57,828 nt of DNA. It comes from an uncultured Bacilli bacterium (GTDB taxonomy: Bacteria > Bacillota_I > Bacilli_A > RF39 > UBA660). Both the position numbers and the translations under genes were made by a program. Location of the stretch: contig CAPHZB010000002.1 of assembly GCA_948629335.1 (NCBI GenBank), positions 1 to 57,828 on the forward strand, written 5' to 3'. The notes under the pieces were generated by a model, which was not told the DNA's origin, did no database searches, and saw only the letters and a program-made list of their open reading frames with translations. Positions 36,460-46,002 of this stretch are shown one piece after another (the stretch's first letter is position 1; every line of letters starts with the position of its first letter).

Positions 36460-37446
36460 ATGAAAATTACAAAATTAATAAAAGGAAATTGGTTGTATAT
36501 TTTAATTGTTGTTATTGCTTGTTTTCTCTTTTTATTTCCGCTTCCTTATATTATAGAAGGACCTGGCGGACTAATTGCGGTTGGAGAGCGTTTTCAAGTA
36601 GAAGGGATGGAGAAAGACCTAAATTACTATTTGGCGTATGTGTCAGAATATAAAGCAACACCTATTACTTTTTTGCACGCGAAAATGCATAAAGATTATG
36701 AAATCACTTCTAAAAGGGAACAGGTAGGAACAGATAGTGAGGTTAGTTTTAGAAATCATCTTATGTTAGAAGAAGCAAATCAAGATGCTTTAATCTATGC
36801 TTATTTAAAAGCAGGAAAACAAGTCAATATTTTAAAAGAAGAAGCATATGTAACTTATATTGATAACCTCGCAGATACCGACTTAGAAATAGGAGACAAA
36901 ATCATAAGTATAAATGGAAATACACTCGAAAGTAAACAAAACTTATTTGAAATGATTCAATCATCTACTATTTCAGAAAAGTTAAAAATACAGGTAGAAA
37001 AGAACGGAAAAATAGAGGAGAAATATGCACGTGTATTTGATGTAGAAGGAACAAAAAAAATAGGAATTTTACCTACTTTAAAAAGGGAAATACAAGTGGA
37101 GCCTAAAATCGAATTTATTTTTGACAAAAGCGAATCAGGTTCTTCAGGGGGATTTATGATGACACTTGCCATTTATGATGCGCTAACCAATTCAAATTTT
37201 TCAAAAAAAATGAAAATAGCGGGAACTGGGACAATTGATGGAGAAGGAAATATTGGAGAAATTGGGGGAATCAAGTATAAAATTCTAGGTGCCTTAAAAG
37301 AAAAAGCAGATATTTTCTTTGTTCCTTCTGAAAATTATGAGGAAGCTTTAAAAACATTAGAAGAAAGTAAGAAAAAAATGAAATTGATTGAGGTAAGCCA
37401 TTTTGATGAGGCCATTTCTTATTTAGAGAAAATTAAGGTAGAATGA
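36460..37446 (+). CDS. YlbL-like PDZ domain / Lon-type serine protease (SDH family)
   Basis: N-terminal TM segment, a PDZ-like segment (GDKIISINGN) and a Lon protease-like C-terminus with ESGSSGG and KIAGTGTID...GEIGGIKYK. Confidence 0.75.
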   Translation: MKITKLIKGNWLYILIVVIACFLFLFPLPYIIEGPGGLIAVGERFQVEGMEKDLNYYLAYVSEYKATPITFLHAKMHKDYEITSKREQVGTDSEVSFRNHLMLEEANQDALIYAYLKAGKQVNILKEEAYVTYIDNLADTDLEIGDKIISINGNTLESKQNLFEMIQSSTISEKLKIQVEKNGKIEEKYARVFDVEGTKKIGILPTLKREIQVEPKIEFIFDKSESGSSGGFMMTLAIYDALTNSNFSKKMKIAGTGTIDGEGNIGEIGGIKYKILGALKEKADIFFVPSENYEEALKTLEESKKKMKLIEVSHFDEAISYLEKIKVE

Positions 37447-37482
37447 GTGCGTATAACTGAAAATAAAAAGTCTGAAATTGGT

Positions 37483-37511
37483 TTGACGAATAGGAAGTTT
37501 TGTGCTAAAAT
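37483..37511 (+). promoter_or_regulatory. Promoter of the candidate sRNA
   Basis: TTGACG (37483-37488), a 17-nt spacer, then TGcTAAAAT (37503-37511). Confidence 0.6.
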
Positions 37512-37517
37512 GTATGT

Positions 37518-37631
37518 AGTGAAAGAAATTTCATATAATAAAAAAGAGATACATTTGATATTCGCATGTCAGATGTATACTCTATTCAATAGTGTAACAC
37601 CGTTTCAAAAGAAGATTCGGTGTTTTCGTTT
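37518..37631 (+). ncRNA. Candidate small RNA of about 115 nt, unknown family
   Basis: Bounded by the promoter above and the terminator AACACCG (37596-37602) / CGGTGTT (37618-37624) followed by TTCGTTT. An internal hairpin is GAGATACAT...ATGTATACTC. There is no RBS for the overlapping ORF-track entry 37447-37638. Confidence 0.45.
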
Positions 37632-37647
37632 AAGTTAGTCCTTATTT

Positions 37648-37737
37648 TTAAGAACTAAGATAGTATAAAATACTATAGTTATAAAGATAACTACTAATTC
37701 CAAAAGAATTAATCCTTTCTATAATTTTTTGAATCAT
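37648..37737 (-). CDS. Candidate 29-aa peptide (MIQKIIERINSFGISSYLYNYSILYYLSS)
   Basis: RBS GAGGTGA lies 5 nt before the ATG at 37737. An upstream TTGCTT-17-TACAAT promoter is present on the minus strand (about 37800-37830). The ORF is convergent with the sRNA and shares its terminator region. Confidence 0.35.
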   Translation of the reverse strand: MIQKIIERINSFGISSYLYNYSILYYLSS

Positions 37738-37924
37738 AGAAATCACCTCTATTCTAGTACCAAAAGATACAAAAACAGAGTAAAACACCTAACTATCAAA
37801 TTATCTCTAGATTAATTGTATAACATTTATAAAAAATAAGCAATAAAATTTATGAATGAATGTTCGTAATTGGTAAAATAATAGAGTTTAAAACAAAAGA
37901 AATCCATTTTTTATCATTTCAATC

Positions 37925-38103
37925 CAGGATAAACGCATGAGTTTTTCTTGTAAATAAAGGCTTTGTAGACAAGATGTTATCAAAAACAATTAAATAATCA
38001 TAATAAATATTAAGTTTAATTGAAATTTGACTGATGATAATTAAATATTTAATCCCTTATTTTATTGAGAATTTAGTAATTGTAATCTCATGCGTTTATC
38101 TTG
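37925..38103. mobile_element. 179-bp MITE-like element with 17-bp terminal inverted repeats and a 10-bp target duplication
   Basis: CAGGATAAACGCATGAG (37925-37941) matches the reverse complement of CTCATGCGTTTATCTTG (38087-38103) at 16 of 17 positions. Identical CATTTCAATC flanks both ends (37915-37924 and 38104-38113). Confidence 0.55.
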
Positions 38104-38316
38104 CATTTCAATCTGTTTTTTATATTCTTTTTCCAATTTTTCTGTTATAATTATCCTAAAACTTCTTTATTGTCTATTTTTTCTTTTAACAACAGTTTAC
38201 GAAGTTGCTTTATTTTTGTCAAATTGTAACTTTTATTTTTGGAAGACACCTATAGAATAAAGCGAGGATTGAAGGAAGAACAAAAACAGTTCACTAAAAA
38301 ATAAGGGTTTAATCCC

Positions 38317-39231
38317 TTATTTTGTTTCTAAATAAACTTTTTCATTAAAATTATGTTGTTCTCTATCTAAATTTTTTAATGTGGTTGTATCGATTAAAAA
38401 GAATTTGTGCGTTAATATACTTTCACCTGTTGAAGTAATTGGATCATCCCAAGTCAAATCCAAATGTTTCCAACTTCCATTAATATAAACGAGATTCCAA
38501 ATATGATTATCAGAAGAAATGCGATAATTTGGAATGTTCATTTTTTCTAAAAAGAGTGCCATTGCATCTGTATAGCCACCACATAAGGCTTTTCCAGCAA
38601 GAAGGGGTCCGTAAGCCATATTGCTTTTATATTTATATCTATTTGCATCTGTAGGATCTTCTTCTTTTAAAGAATCATATACCGTATGACTAATAATATA
38701 ATCATGAATTTTTTTAATTTTATCATAATCACTCATTGTATCTGTAATGAGTTCCTCATAGATTGCATTTATTTTTTTATCAATTTCTAAAATATCATTA
38801 TTTGTATATTGGTGTGTCACTCCAATCGTGATTTTATTAAAATTATTGATACTAATAGATATAGTTTCATAGGTATTATAAGGATGAACGAAATTATTGA
38901 TATTTGATAATAATTCTGCGTCTTTTGCGATGGCATTGACATCAGTACTGCAATCATATTCATCACTACAATAGAAAGAAAAAGTATCCCAACCTGCATT
39001 TAATATTGTATAAATTACATTTAAGAGTTCTTCTTTTGTTTTAGGATAAAAATTATTAGTTTCTTGTACATAAGCAAAAGCATAATCTTTATGGTATGAA
39101 GTGACTTCAGGTACGACAACTTCTTTTTTAAAGATAAAATTGGTATATAAATAAGTTGCAATTGGTTCTTTATAATAAATAATACCTGCACAGATACATA
39201 AAACAATCAAATACTTAAGGAACTTTTTCAT
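38317..39231 (-). CDS. Transglutaminase-like (Cys-His-Asp) domain protein, membrane-anchored or lipoprotein
   Basis: Signal or anchor MKKFLKYLIVLCICAG. The core reads CGGYTDAMALF...NHIWNLVYINGSWKHLDLTWDDP, typical of the transglutaminase-like peptidase fold. Confidence 0.75.
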   Translation of the reverse strand: MKKFLKYLIVLCICAGIIYYKEPIATYLYTNFIFKKEVVVPEVTSYHKDYAFAYVQETNNFYPKTKEELLNVIYTILNAGWDTFSFYCSDEYDCSTDVNAIAKDAELLSNINNFVHPYNTYETISISINNFNKITIGVTHQYTNNDILEIDKKINAIYEELITDTMSDYDKIKKIHDYIISHTVYDSLKEEDPTDANRYKYKSNMAYGPLLAGKALCGGYTDAMALFLEKMNIPNYRISSDNHIWNLVYINGSWKHLDLTWDDPITSTGESILTHKFFLIDTTTLKNLDREQHNFNEKVYLETK

Positions 39232-39281
39232 ACCATCACCACCACTATTATACCAAATAAAAGAAAAAAAAGAAGTATTTT

Positions 39282-39545
39282 TTACTTCATTTCGTTTACT
39301 TTTTTTGTAAGTCTTGACTTATGACGTGCTACAAAATTACTTGTAACCACTCCCTTTGATGCAGCCTTATCTAATCTATTGTAAACAATTTGTAGGTTTT
39401 CTTTTGCTTTCTCAGCATCTTTTGAAGCAATTGCTTTTTCTAAGTTTTTCATAGCCGTTTTTAAACTTGCTTTATACACATTATTGACTTTATTTTTCTT
39501 TTCTTGTACAATTACAGCTTTTTTGGCATTCTTAATATTTGGCAT
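39282..39545 (-). CDS. rpsT: 30S ribosomal protein S20
   Basis: MPNIKNAKKA... is a basic 87-aa protein with the classical S20 N-terminus. Confidence 0.95.
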   Translation of the reverse strand: MPNIKNAKKAVIVQEKKNKVNNVYKASLKTAMKNLEKAIASKDAEKAKENLQIVYNRLDKAASKGVVTSNFVARHKSRLTKKVNEMK

Positions 39546-39635
39546 ATTCTCACCTCCATGTCACTTGCTTTTTATATTTTAGCAAACTTTTTTAGAAAAT
39601 GCAAATAAAACTGCACTTTCTGGTAAAAAATAGTA

Positions 39636-40649
39636 ATGGTGATTATGTTGAGAGAGATTGACTTAAAGAATTTTAAAATTAGGACAGATTTAATTACAGA
39701 ATCAGTTACGGATTTGAAACGGGAAGAAGTTTTAAAAGGCGTATTTGTCAGTAAGCTTTGTTTAGATGAAACTAGGGCAAAGGAAGGATTAAAAAAACCA
39801 GGAAACTATACCACAATCGAATTTACTGATATAACCGATATTGATAATTTTTTAGGGGTAAAGCAGGTACTGAAATCTTGTTTAAAACCATTCATAAAGG
39901 GTGAAAAAACATTACTAATAGGACTTGGAAATCAAAAATCAACACCAGATATTCTTGGTCCTAAGACCATTGATGAAATTGTTGTTACCAGTTATTTGGA
40001 GAATCTTGGTCCGTTAGAAGAAGGATTCTCTAGTACGGCTATCTTTAAACCAGGAGTCACTGGAGAAACAGGATTAGAAACGAGTAGTGTCCTAAAAAGT
40101 ATTGTTACAAGCTTTAAGCCCAAACAAGTCATTGTTATTGATGCTTTAGCTAGTAAATCGTTAGATCGTGTCTGTAAGACCATTCAAATTACAGATACAG
40201 GGATTGAACCAGGTAGTGGAGTTGGGAATAAACGAACAGAAATTAGTGCAGATACACTAGGTGTACCCGTTTTAGCTATTGGAATTCCTACGGTTGTTGA
40301 TGCTGTTAGTGTTGTAAGTGACACAATTACCTATTTAATGAAGCAATACTCTTTTCAAAAAAAATTTTTACATACAAAAAAGAGTAGGCTCATTCCAACA
40401 AGTAAAATTAACTATTTAAATGAAGAGATTGAAATTGATAAGGAAGATAAAGAAAAGGTTCTTGGTATGTTAGGATTATTAGAAGAGGAAGAGGTAAAAG
40501 AACTTTTCTATGAAGTTTTGACACCAATCGGTTATAATTTAATGGTAACCCCTAAAGAAATTGATTTTACCGTTCAAAAATTAGCCCATCTTCTAGCAAC
40601 TGCCTTAAACGAAATCTTACATCCCAAGTTGGAAGAAAGTAAGGAATAA
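39636..40649 (+). CDS. gpr: Germination protease (spore endopeptidase GPR)
   Basis: IRTDLITES near the N-terminus, LIGLGN and VIVIDALAS blocks, and a position next to rpsT as in other sporeformers. The real start is possibly ATG 39645. Confidence 0.85.
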   Translation: MVIMLREIDLKNFKIRTDLITESVTDLKREEVLKGVFVSKLCLDETRAKEGLKKPGNYTTIEFTDITDIDNFLGVKQVLKSCLKPFIKGEKTLLIGLGNQKSTPDILGPKTIDEIVVTSYLENLGPLEEGFSSTAIFKPGVTGETGLETSSVLKSIVTSFKPKQVIVIDALASKSLDRVCKTIQITDTGIEPGSGVGNKRTEISADTLGVPVLAIGIPTVVDAVSVVSDTITYLMKQYSFQKKFLHTKKSRLIPTSKINYLNEEIEIDKEDKEKVLGMLGLLEEEEVKELFYEVLTPIGYNLMVTPKEIDFTVQKLAHLLATALNEILHPKLEESKE

Positions 40650-40776
40650 AGATCATTAAAAATGTCAAGAAGTGTAAAAATAGAAAAAAAGTATTCACAA
40701 AAAGAAGAAATTAAGGTACATTTATGATAAGTAAAAAAGGCTTATTTTTATTTACAAAGATAGAGAGGTTTTGGTT

Positions 40777-41772
40777 ATGGAGGTAAGAAGCCAACAAGAT
40801 ACAATGCATAAGGGAAACGATGAATATAAAAAAATGATAGAAGGGTATCGCTTTCGCATTTATAAAGCAACTACAATAGATGAACAAGTAAAGATGTTAA
40901 AAGAAGTGTATGAGATTGTAAAGGAGATCTCTACAAAAATGTATAGGGAGGAACAAGGATTCTCTAAACAATATTATGCAATCATTCAATTGGTGTTAAG
41001 TATTGAGGATAATATAAAGCATGCTTATATTATGAATGTAAAGCCAAGATATGGCTATCAAGAAGAGATGAAATCACTTAGCGCAAATGAAAAAGTATTG
41101 CAGTCAATTACAGACACTATTCGAGTAACTCTTTGTCGTAAACTCAATAAAAAACATGGTTATGAAAACAAATCATTTGAGTCCTTTGATTTACAAGGCT
41201 ATTGTCCTACTTCTGCGAACATGGTAAAACAAATTGGAGATGTTTTTTCGATTGAAACAACGAAAGTAACGATTGAACCTGCTTTCTTAAAAGATTCGCC
41301 CCTATTTAATCAACGGAAGAAACATTGTTGCAGTTTAGTAAAGGTAAATGATGAATTATATTTAGTCGATTGTACGTATTCCCAGTTTTTTTTACAAAAA
41401 GATTGTATATTGGAGCGACTTGGAATACCTATGTTATCAGGATGTGCCCCAGGCGCTTTCATGTTGATGGATGAAATGCGAAAAAAGGTAGCAGCAAAAC
41501 TTTTAAAAGATGGTTGGATTAAAGCAACTCCAGAAGTATTAAAAGCATATATGGATGGTTTTGCACTTTCTTTTCGAAATGGACTCTACTATGAAGAAAC
41601 GAATGACTTTTCTTATACCACAGATTATACAGCAGGGGACTATATTCGTTTTCTCTTTGGAGAAGATAATCAACTGAATTATGAAAAAGAATCCCATTTG
41701 GGATTCCAAAATCAACCTTTAAAAGACATTCATATGTCTTTCTTACCAGAAACTTTAAAAAAATTTAAATAA
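40777..41772 (+). CDS. Hypothetical protein with a possible papain/transglutaminase-like Cys...His...Asp arrangement
   Basis: The spacing in GYCPTSANMV...KHCCSLVKVNDELYLVDCTYSQFF suggests a thiol-peptidase fold. This is unverified. Confidence 0.5.
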   Translation: MEVRSQQDTMHKGNDEYKKMIEGYRFRIYKATTIDEQVKMLKEVYEIVKEISTKMYREEQGFSKQYYAIIQLVLSIEDNIKHAYIMNVKPRYGYQEEMKSLSANEKVLQSITDTIRVTLCRKLNKKHGYENKSFESFDLQGYCPTSANMVKQIGDVFSIETTKVTIEPAFLKDSPLFNQRKKHCCSLVKVNDELYLVDCTYSQFFLQKDCILERLGIPMLSGCAPGAFMLMDEMRKKVAAKLLKDGWIKATPEVLKAYMDGFALSFRNGLYYEETNDFSYTTDYTAGDYIRFLFGEDNQLNYEKESHLGFQNQPLKDIHMSFLPETLKKFK

Positions 41773-41800
41773 AATGAAAAAAGCGCCCTTTGGCACTTCA

Positions 41801-41908
41801 CTAAATCATAAAAAAGGTAGCTAAGTAATAGATAATAATAACAATTAACAAAACAATCGCACAAATTTGTTGTGGATTTACTTTAAATTTTTTCTTTTTT
41901 TTAGACAT
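41801..41908 (-). CDS. Small membrane protein (35 aa, MSKKKKKFKVNPQQICAIVLLIVIIIYYLATFFMI)
   Basis: RBS GAGGTGAA before ATG 41908, a basic N-terminus and one TM segment. The longer ORF-track version overlaps the spoIIM start and lacks an RBS. Confidence 0.45.
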   Translation of the reverse strand: MSKKKKKFKVNPQQICAIVLLIVIIIYYLATFFMI

Positions 41909-42000
41909 CTTGTTCACCTCTACCACTTCATTATATACTTTTTTTCTTATTTTTGGAATAGGAAGATAGATACTTGCATATGTTTTACTAGAGGTGGCAT

Positions 42001-42627
42001 ATGAAAGAAATGAAACGTATTTTAAAAGTAAAAAGTAAACGAAATAAGAAGCTACTCTTTTTTCTTTTTGGACTAGCACTTATGGGAGTGGTAGCAGGCA
42101 GTGTTTTTTTAACATTCATAAATGCAACAGATCAGGAATTGGTAAAAGAATATATTACATCTTTTATGAAAAGTATTCAAGAGGGAAAACTCAATTACTT
42201 AGATGCATTTAAAAATACTTGTGTATCAAATATTATATATGTGGTTGTTCTTTTTATACTTAGTCTATCAATTGTAGGTATTCCCATTGTCTTATTCTTA
42301 TATTTTGTAAAAAGTTTTATGATTGGGTTTTCCATTTCTTCTTTTGTATTTACTTACGGATTTAAAGGAATGCTCTTTAGTTTATTCTATATTATTCCCC
42401 ACTTTATCAATTTTATTTTCTATTCTATCTTTTTAATTTATGCAATGAAAGTATCTTATCTATTGATTACAGCTCTCTTTGGTAAAAAGGAAGTATCTTT
42501 AAAAAAGCCTATCAGTAATTATATTACTTATACATGTATTTTACTTTTGGTTATTCTATTTACATCTATTTTGGAAAGTGTTTGCGTTCCCCTAATTTTA
42601 AAACAATTCTTATTCCTAATAAAATAG
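42001..42627 (+). CDS. spoIIM: Stage II sporulation protein M
   Basis: 208-aa polytopic membrane protein of the expected size and topology. The N-terminus KRNKKLLFFLFGLALMGVVAGSVF is typical of SpoIIM. RBS AGAGGTGG. Confidence 0.7.
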   Translation: MKEMKRILKVKSKRNKKLLFFLFGLALMGVVAGSVFLTFINATDQELVKEYITSFMKSIQEGKLNYLDAFKNTCVSNIIYVVVLFILSLSIVGIPIVLFLYFVKSFMIGFSISSFVFTYGFKGMLFSLFYIIPHFINFIFYSIFLIYAMKVSYLLITALFGKKEVSLKKPISNYITYTCILLLVILFTSILESVCVPLILKQFLFLIK

Positions 42628-42634
42628 GAATTTT

Positions 42635-43126
42635 TTAGTCAGTGAACTTTCGAATTTGCTTATAGGCTTCCTTTAATTTTTCTTCAATTCCCTTAGGACA
42701 ATATAAGGGAGAAGTACTAGGTAAAGAGATGGCTTTGATATGGGTAGAAGGATAGCTATATTTTTGATAAAGTTGATAAGCTTTTTTCCCTGTAGTAAAG
42801 ATAACTTTAATCTGTGTATCCTTTAAAAGGGGAAGCAAATCATTTGGAATGGGATTTTTGATGGATTGATCACTGGAATTCACAATATCACAGCTTTTTA
42901 GAACATCAAAAAGGGCAATATTGTGTCTTTTTAGAAAAGCAATTTTTTCATTCTTCGTTGGCCCAATTTCCTCTTCATAGACTTGTTCTAATGTTTTCCA
43001 AAAACGATTTTTCGGGTGAGCATAATAGAATCCAAGCTTTCTTGATGTAACTGAAGGCATACTTCCTAGAATTAATACCTTCGCATTTTTTGTATAAATG
43101 GGTTTTAATGAGTGATTTACTTGCAT
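42635..43126 (-). CDS. UDG-superfamily DNA glycosylase (deoxyinosine / mismatch-specific glycosylase-like)
   Basis: VLILGSMPS...YYAHPKNRFW motif near the N-terminus, about 163 aa. ATG 43126 follows AAGGAGA. Confidence 0.7.
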   Translation of the reverse strand: MQVNHSLKPIYTKNAKVLILGSMPSVTSRKLGFYYAHPKNRFWKTLEQVYEEEIGPTKNEKIAFLKRHNIALFDVLKSCDIVNSSDQSIKNPIPNDLLPLLKDTQIKVIFTTGKKAYQLYQKYSYPSTHIKAISLPSTSPLYCPKGIEEKLKEAYKQIRKFTD

Positions 43127-43224
43127 AATCAATTCTCCTTTTTTTAAAAGTATTATAAATTAGTATTAAATCTCTTGTCAATTGCATAAAAGAAGAGTAT
43201 AGTATGTTTAAAAGAGGTGAAGGT

Positions 43225-43650
43225 ATGGAACTATGGATGCTTTGGTTACTCCTTGTGTTTTTCCTCATTGTACTTGAAGTAAGCACAGTCAATCTAGTAT
43301 CTATTTGGTTTATTGCAAGTGGAATTGTTTCTTTAATTGTTTCCATTTTTTATGATAATTTTCTTGTCCAATTTGCGATATTTGTTTTACTGGGAATATT
43401 CTTATTATTGACAACTCGTAAGTTTTTAAAACGATATATAGAACCAAATAAAGAAAAGACCAACTTGGATCGCATTATAGGAGAGGTGGCTATTGTTACA
43501 GGGAAAATAGTAAAAAACGAAATTGGGGAAGTAAAAATTGATGGAAAACGTTGGAGTGCAGTTTCGAAGGAAGAAATCGAAGTAAATGAAGAAGTCATCG
43601 TTGAGAAAATTGATGGCGTTAAATTAATTGTAAGAAAGAAGGAAAAATAG
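43225..43650 (+). CDS. NfeD family membrane protein
   Basis: Hydrophobic N-terminus plus a C-terminal OB-like segment (GEVKIDGKRWSAVS). It lies immediately upstream of an SPFH gene, the classic pairing. Confidence 0.8.
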   Translation: MELWMLWLLLVFFLIVLEVSTVNLVSIWFIASGIVSLIVSIFYDNFLVQFAIFVLLGIFLLLTTRKFLKRYIEPNKEKTNLDRIIGEVAIVTGKIVKNEIGEVKIDGKRWSAVSKEEIEVNEEVIVEKIDGVKLIVRKKEK

Positions 43651-44544
43651 ATGGAATTTTTAATTGTTATACTAGTTATTGTTATTTTAATTGTATTACC
43701 AAATATTAAGGTGGTACCACAAGCAAAGAGTTATGTTATCGAAAGACTTGGTTCTTATTATGTGACGTGGAAAAACGGTCTACATTTTAAAATTCCTTTT
43801 ATCGATCGTGTAGCCAATGTTGTTACTTTAAAAGAGATTGTAAAAGATTTCGCTCCACAACCTGTTATTACTAAAGATAATGTTACTATGCAAATAGATA
43901 CAGTGGTTTATTTTCAGATTACAGATGCGAAATTATATACATATGGTGTAGAATATCCAATTAGTGCGATTGAAAATTTAACAGCAACAACTTTACGTAA
44001 TATTATTGGAGAATTAGAACTAGATCAAACCTTAACATCAAGGGATATCATTAATTCAAAAATGCGTTCTATTTTGGATGAAGCAACTGATCCATGGGGA
44101 ATTAAAGTAAATCGTGTAGAGGTGAAGAATATTCTACCTCCTAAAGATATTCAGGAAGCAATGGAAAAACAAATGCGTGCTGAACGTGAAAGACGTGAGA
44201 AAATTTTGCAAGCTGAAGGAGAAAAGAAATCAAGTGTTCTTATTGCCGAAGGAGAAAAAGAAAGTGCCATTTTACGAGCAGAAGCTGATAAAGAATCACG
44301 TATTAAACGTGCTGAAGGAGAAGCAGAAGCAATGCTTAAAATTAAAACAGCAGAGGCAGAAGGTATTAAATTATTAAAAGAAGCAAAAGCAGATAGTTCT
44401 GTATTAACGTTAAAAAGTTATGAAACACTATCACGTATGGCGGATGGGCAAGCAACAAAGATTATTGTACCAAGTGAACTACAATCCATTGCTACATTTG
44501 GAACGACTTTAAAAGAAATGATGAATGATAAGAAAGAAAAATAG
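43651..44544 (+). CDS. SPFH/band 7 (stomatin/flotillin-like) protein
   Basis: N-terminal anchor, then the SPFH core (VVPQAKSYVIERLG...TKDNV...VYFQI), then an EA-rich coiled coil. Confidence 0.9.
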   Translation: MEFLIVILVIVILIVLPNIKVVPQAKSYVIERLGSYYVTWKNGLHFKIPFIDRVANVVTLKEIVKDFAPQPVITKDNVTMQIDTVVYFQITDAKLYTYGVEYPISAIENLTATTLRNIIGELELDQTLTSRDIINSKMRSILDEATDPWGIKVNRVEVKNILPPKDIQEAMEKQMRAERERREKILQAEGEKKSSVLIAEGEKESAILRAEADKESRIKRAEGEAEAMLKIKTAEAEGIKLLKEAKADSSVLTLKSYETLSRMADGQATKIIVPSELQSIATFGTTLKEMMNDKKEK

Positions 44545-44645
44545 AAATCTTCTTTTGAAAAGGATAACGTTTGTTATCTTTTTTGTTAAAATTTTTTTCA
44601 TTTAAGAAAACCCATGGTATAATGGTGTTTAAGGAAGTGATGATT

Positions 44646-45746
44646 ATGAAAAAAGTCATTGTTGGAATGTCTGGAGGAGTCGATAGTAGTGTATCTGCTT
44701 ATTTATTAAAGAAGCAAGGTTATGAAGTGATTGGTTTATTTATGCGCAACTGGGACGCGAATATAAATAATGATATATCTGGAAATCCTACATTACAAGA
44801 TGACATTTGTCCACAAGAAAAAGATTATAATGATGCATTAGCCGTATGTGAAAAGTTGGGTATTCCTCTAAAGCGTATTGACTTTATTAAGGAGTATTGG
44901 GATTATGTTTTTACTTATTTTTTAGAGGAATTAAAAAAAGGAAGAACTCCAAACCCAGATATTATGTGTAATAAATATATTAAATTTGATATGTTTTTAA
45001 AGAAAGCAGAAAGTTTGGGCGCTGATTATATTGCAACAGGACATTTCGCACGGTTTGAAAATGGAAAATTACTTAGAGGAATTGATGAAAATAAGGATCA
45101 AACTTATTTTTTATCTCAAGTACCTAAGGAAAAGTTTGAACATGTTCTCTTTCCAGTTGGTCATTTAACAAAGAAAGAAATTCGTGAGCTTGCTTCTTCT
45201 TTGGATCTTGTGACAGCTTCAAAAAAGGATTCAACAGGAATTTGTTTTATTGGGGAACGCAACTTTACGCAATTTTTAGAAAACTATTTACCAAATATTC
45301 CAGGAGATATTGTAAATATAGAAACAGGGGACGTATTAGGAAAACATATTGGACTGATGTATTATACCATTGGGCAGAGAAAAGGATTGCAACTTGGTGG
45401 GGATACAGATAAAATCTTTGTTGTTGGCAAGGATTTAGAAAAGAATGTTTTATATGTTGCTTATGGAGAGAATAACCCCTATTTGTTTTCAGATGCTTGT
45501 TTGATTGAGAGTGTGAATTTATTAAGTGACGAGGAAATAAGCATTTGTAGTGCCAAATTCCGTTATCGACAAAAAGATATTCCTGTTACTGTAAAAAAAT
45601 GTGGGGAGGAATACTTAATTACATACGAGAAAGCAAAAAGTGTCACTCCTGGACAGGCTTGTGTTTTGTATGATAAAGATATTTGTCTTGGTGGGGGAAT
45701 TATCAAAGAAGTCTATAAGAATGGAAATAAACTTTGGTATTTATAA
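44646..45746 (+). CDS. mnmA: tRNA 2-thiouridine(34) synthase
   Basis: PP-loop GMSGGVDSS and the conserved NPD..CN and GICF blocks. I prefer the start at ATG 44646 after AAGGAAGTGA. Confidence 0.95.
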   Translation: MKKVIVGMSGGVDSSVSAYLLKKQGYEVIGLFMRNWDANINNDISGNPTLQDDICPQEKDYNDALAVCEKLGIPLKRIDFIKEYWDYVFTYFLEELKKGRTPNPDIMCNKYIKFDMFLKKAESLGADYIATGHFARFENGKLLRGIDENKDQTYFLSQVPKEKFEHVLFPVGHLTKKEIRELASSLDLVTASKKDSTGICFIGERNFTQFLENYLPNIPGDIVNIETGDVLGKHIGLMYYTIGQRKGLQLGGDTDKIFVVGKDLEKNVLYVAYGENNPYLFSDACLIESVNLLSDEEISICSAKFRYRQKDIPVTVKKCGEEYLITYEKAKSVTPGQACVLYDKDICLGGGIIKEVYKNGNKLWYL

Positions 45747-45829
45747 AATAGAAAGCCATGAAAAGATGGAGAAGGAACTTTGATATTTTAAGAAAATAGG
45801 TTTAGCAATGTACAAATTTATTATAATTT

Positions 45830-45855
45830 AAATCTGAATAAAATCAGATTTTTAT
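45830..45855 (+). terminator. Intrinsic terminator after mnmA
   Basis: AATCTGA / TCAGATT stem followed by TTTT. Confidence 0.6.
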
Positions 45856-46002
45856 TATCTCTAAATTTCTTAATACGAATGATATTACTAAATTGTTAAT
45901 AAACACTACATGATTTAAAGTTTCATACATTTATCCTAATTCAAAATTTGACAAAACCAATACATTATGATAGTATAATCCTCCAATAAGGGGTGGGTTT
46001 AA

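Noticed and set aside
37447-37638. 63-aa plus-strand ORF (GTG start) after the ylbL-like gene.
   Set aside because: It has no RBS and spans a promoter and a terminator hairpin. The region is better explained as a small RNA.
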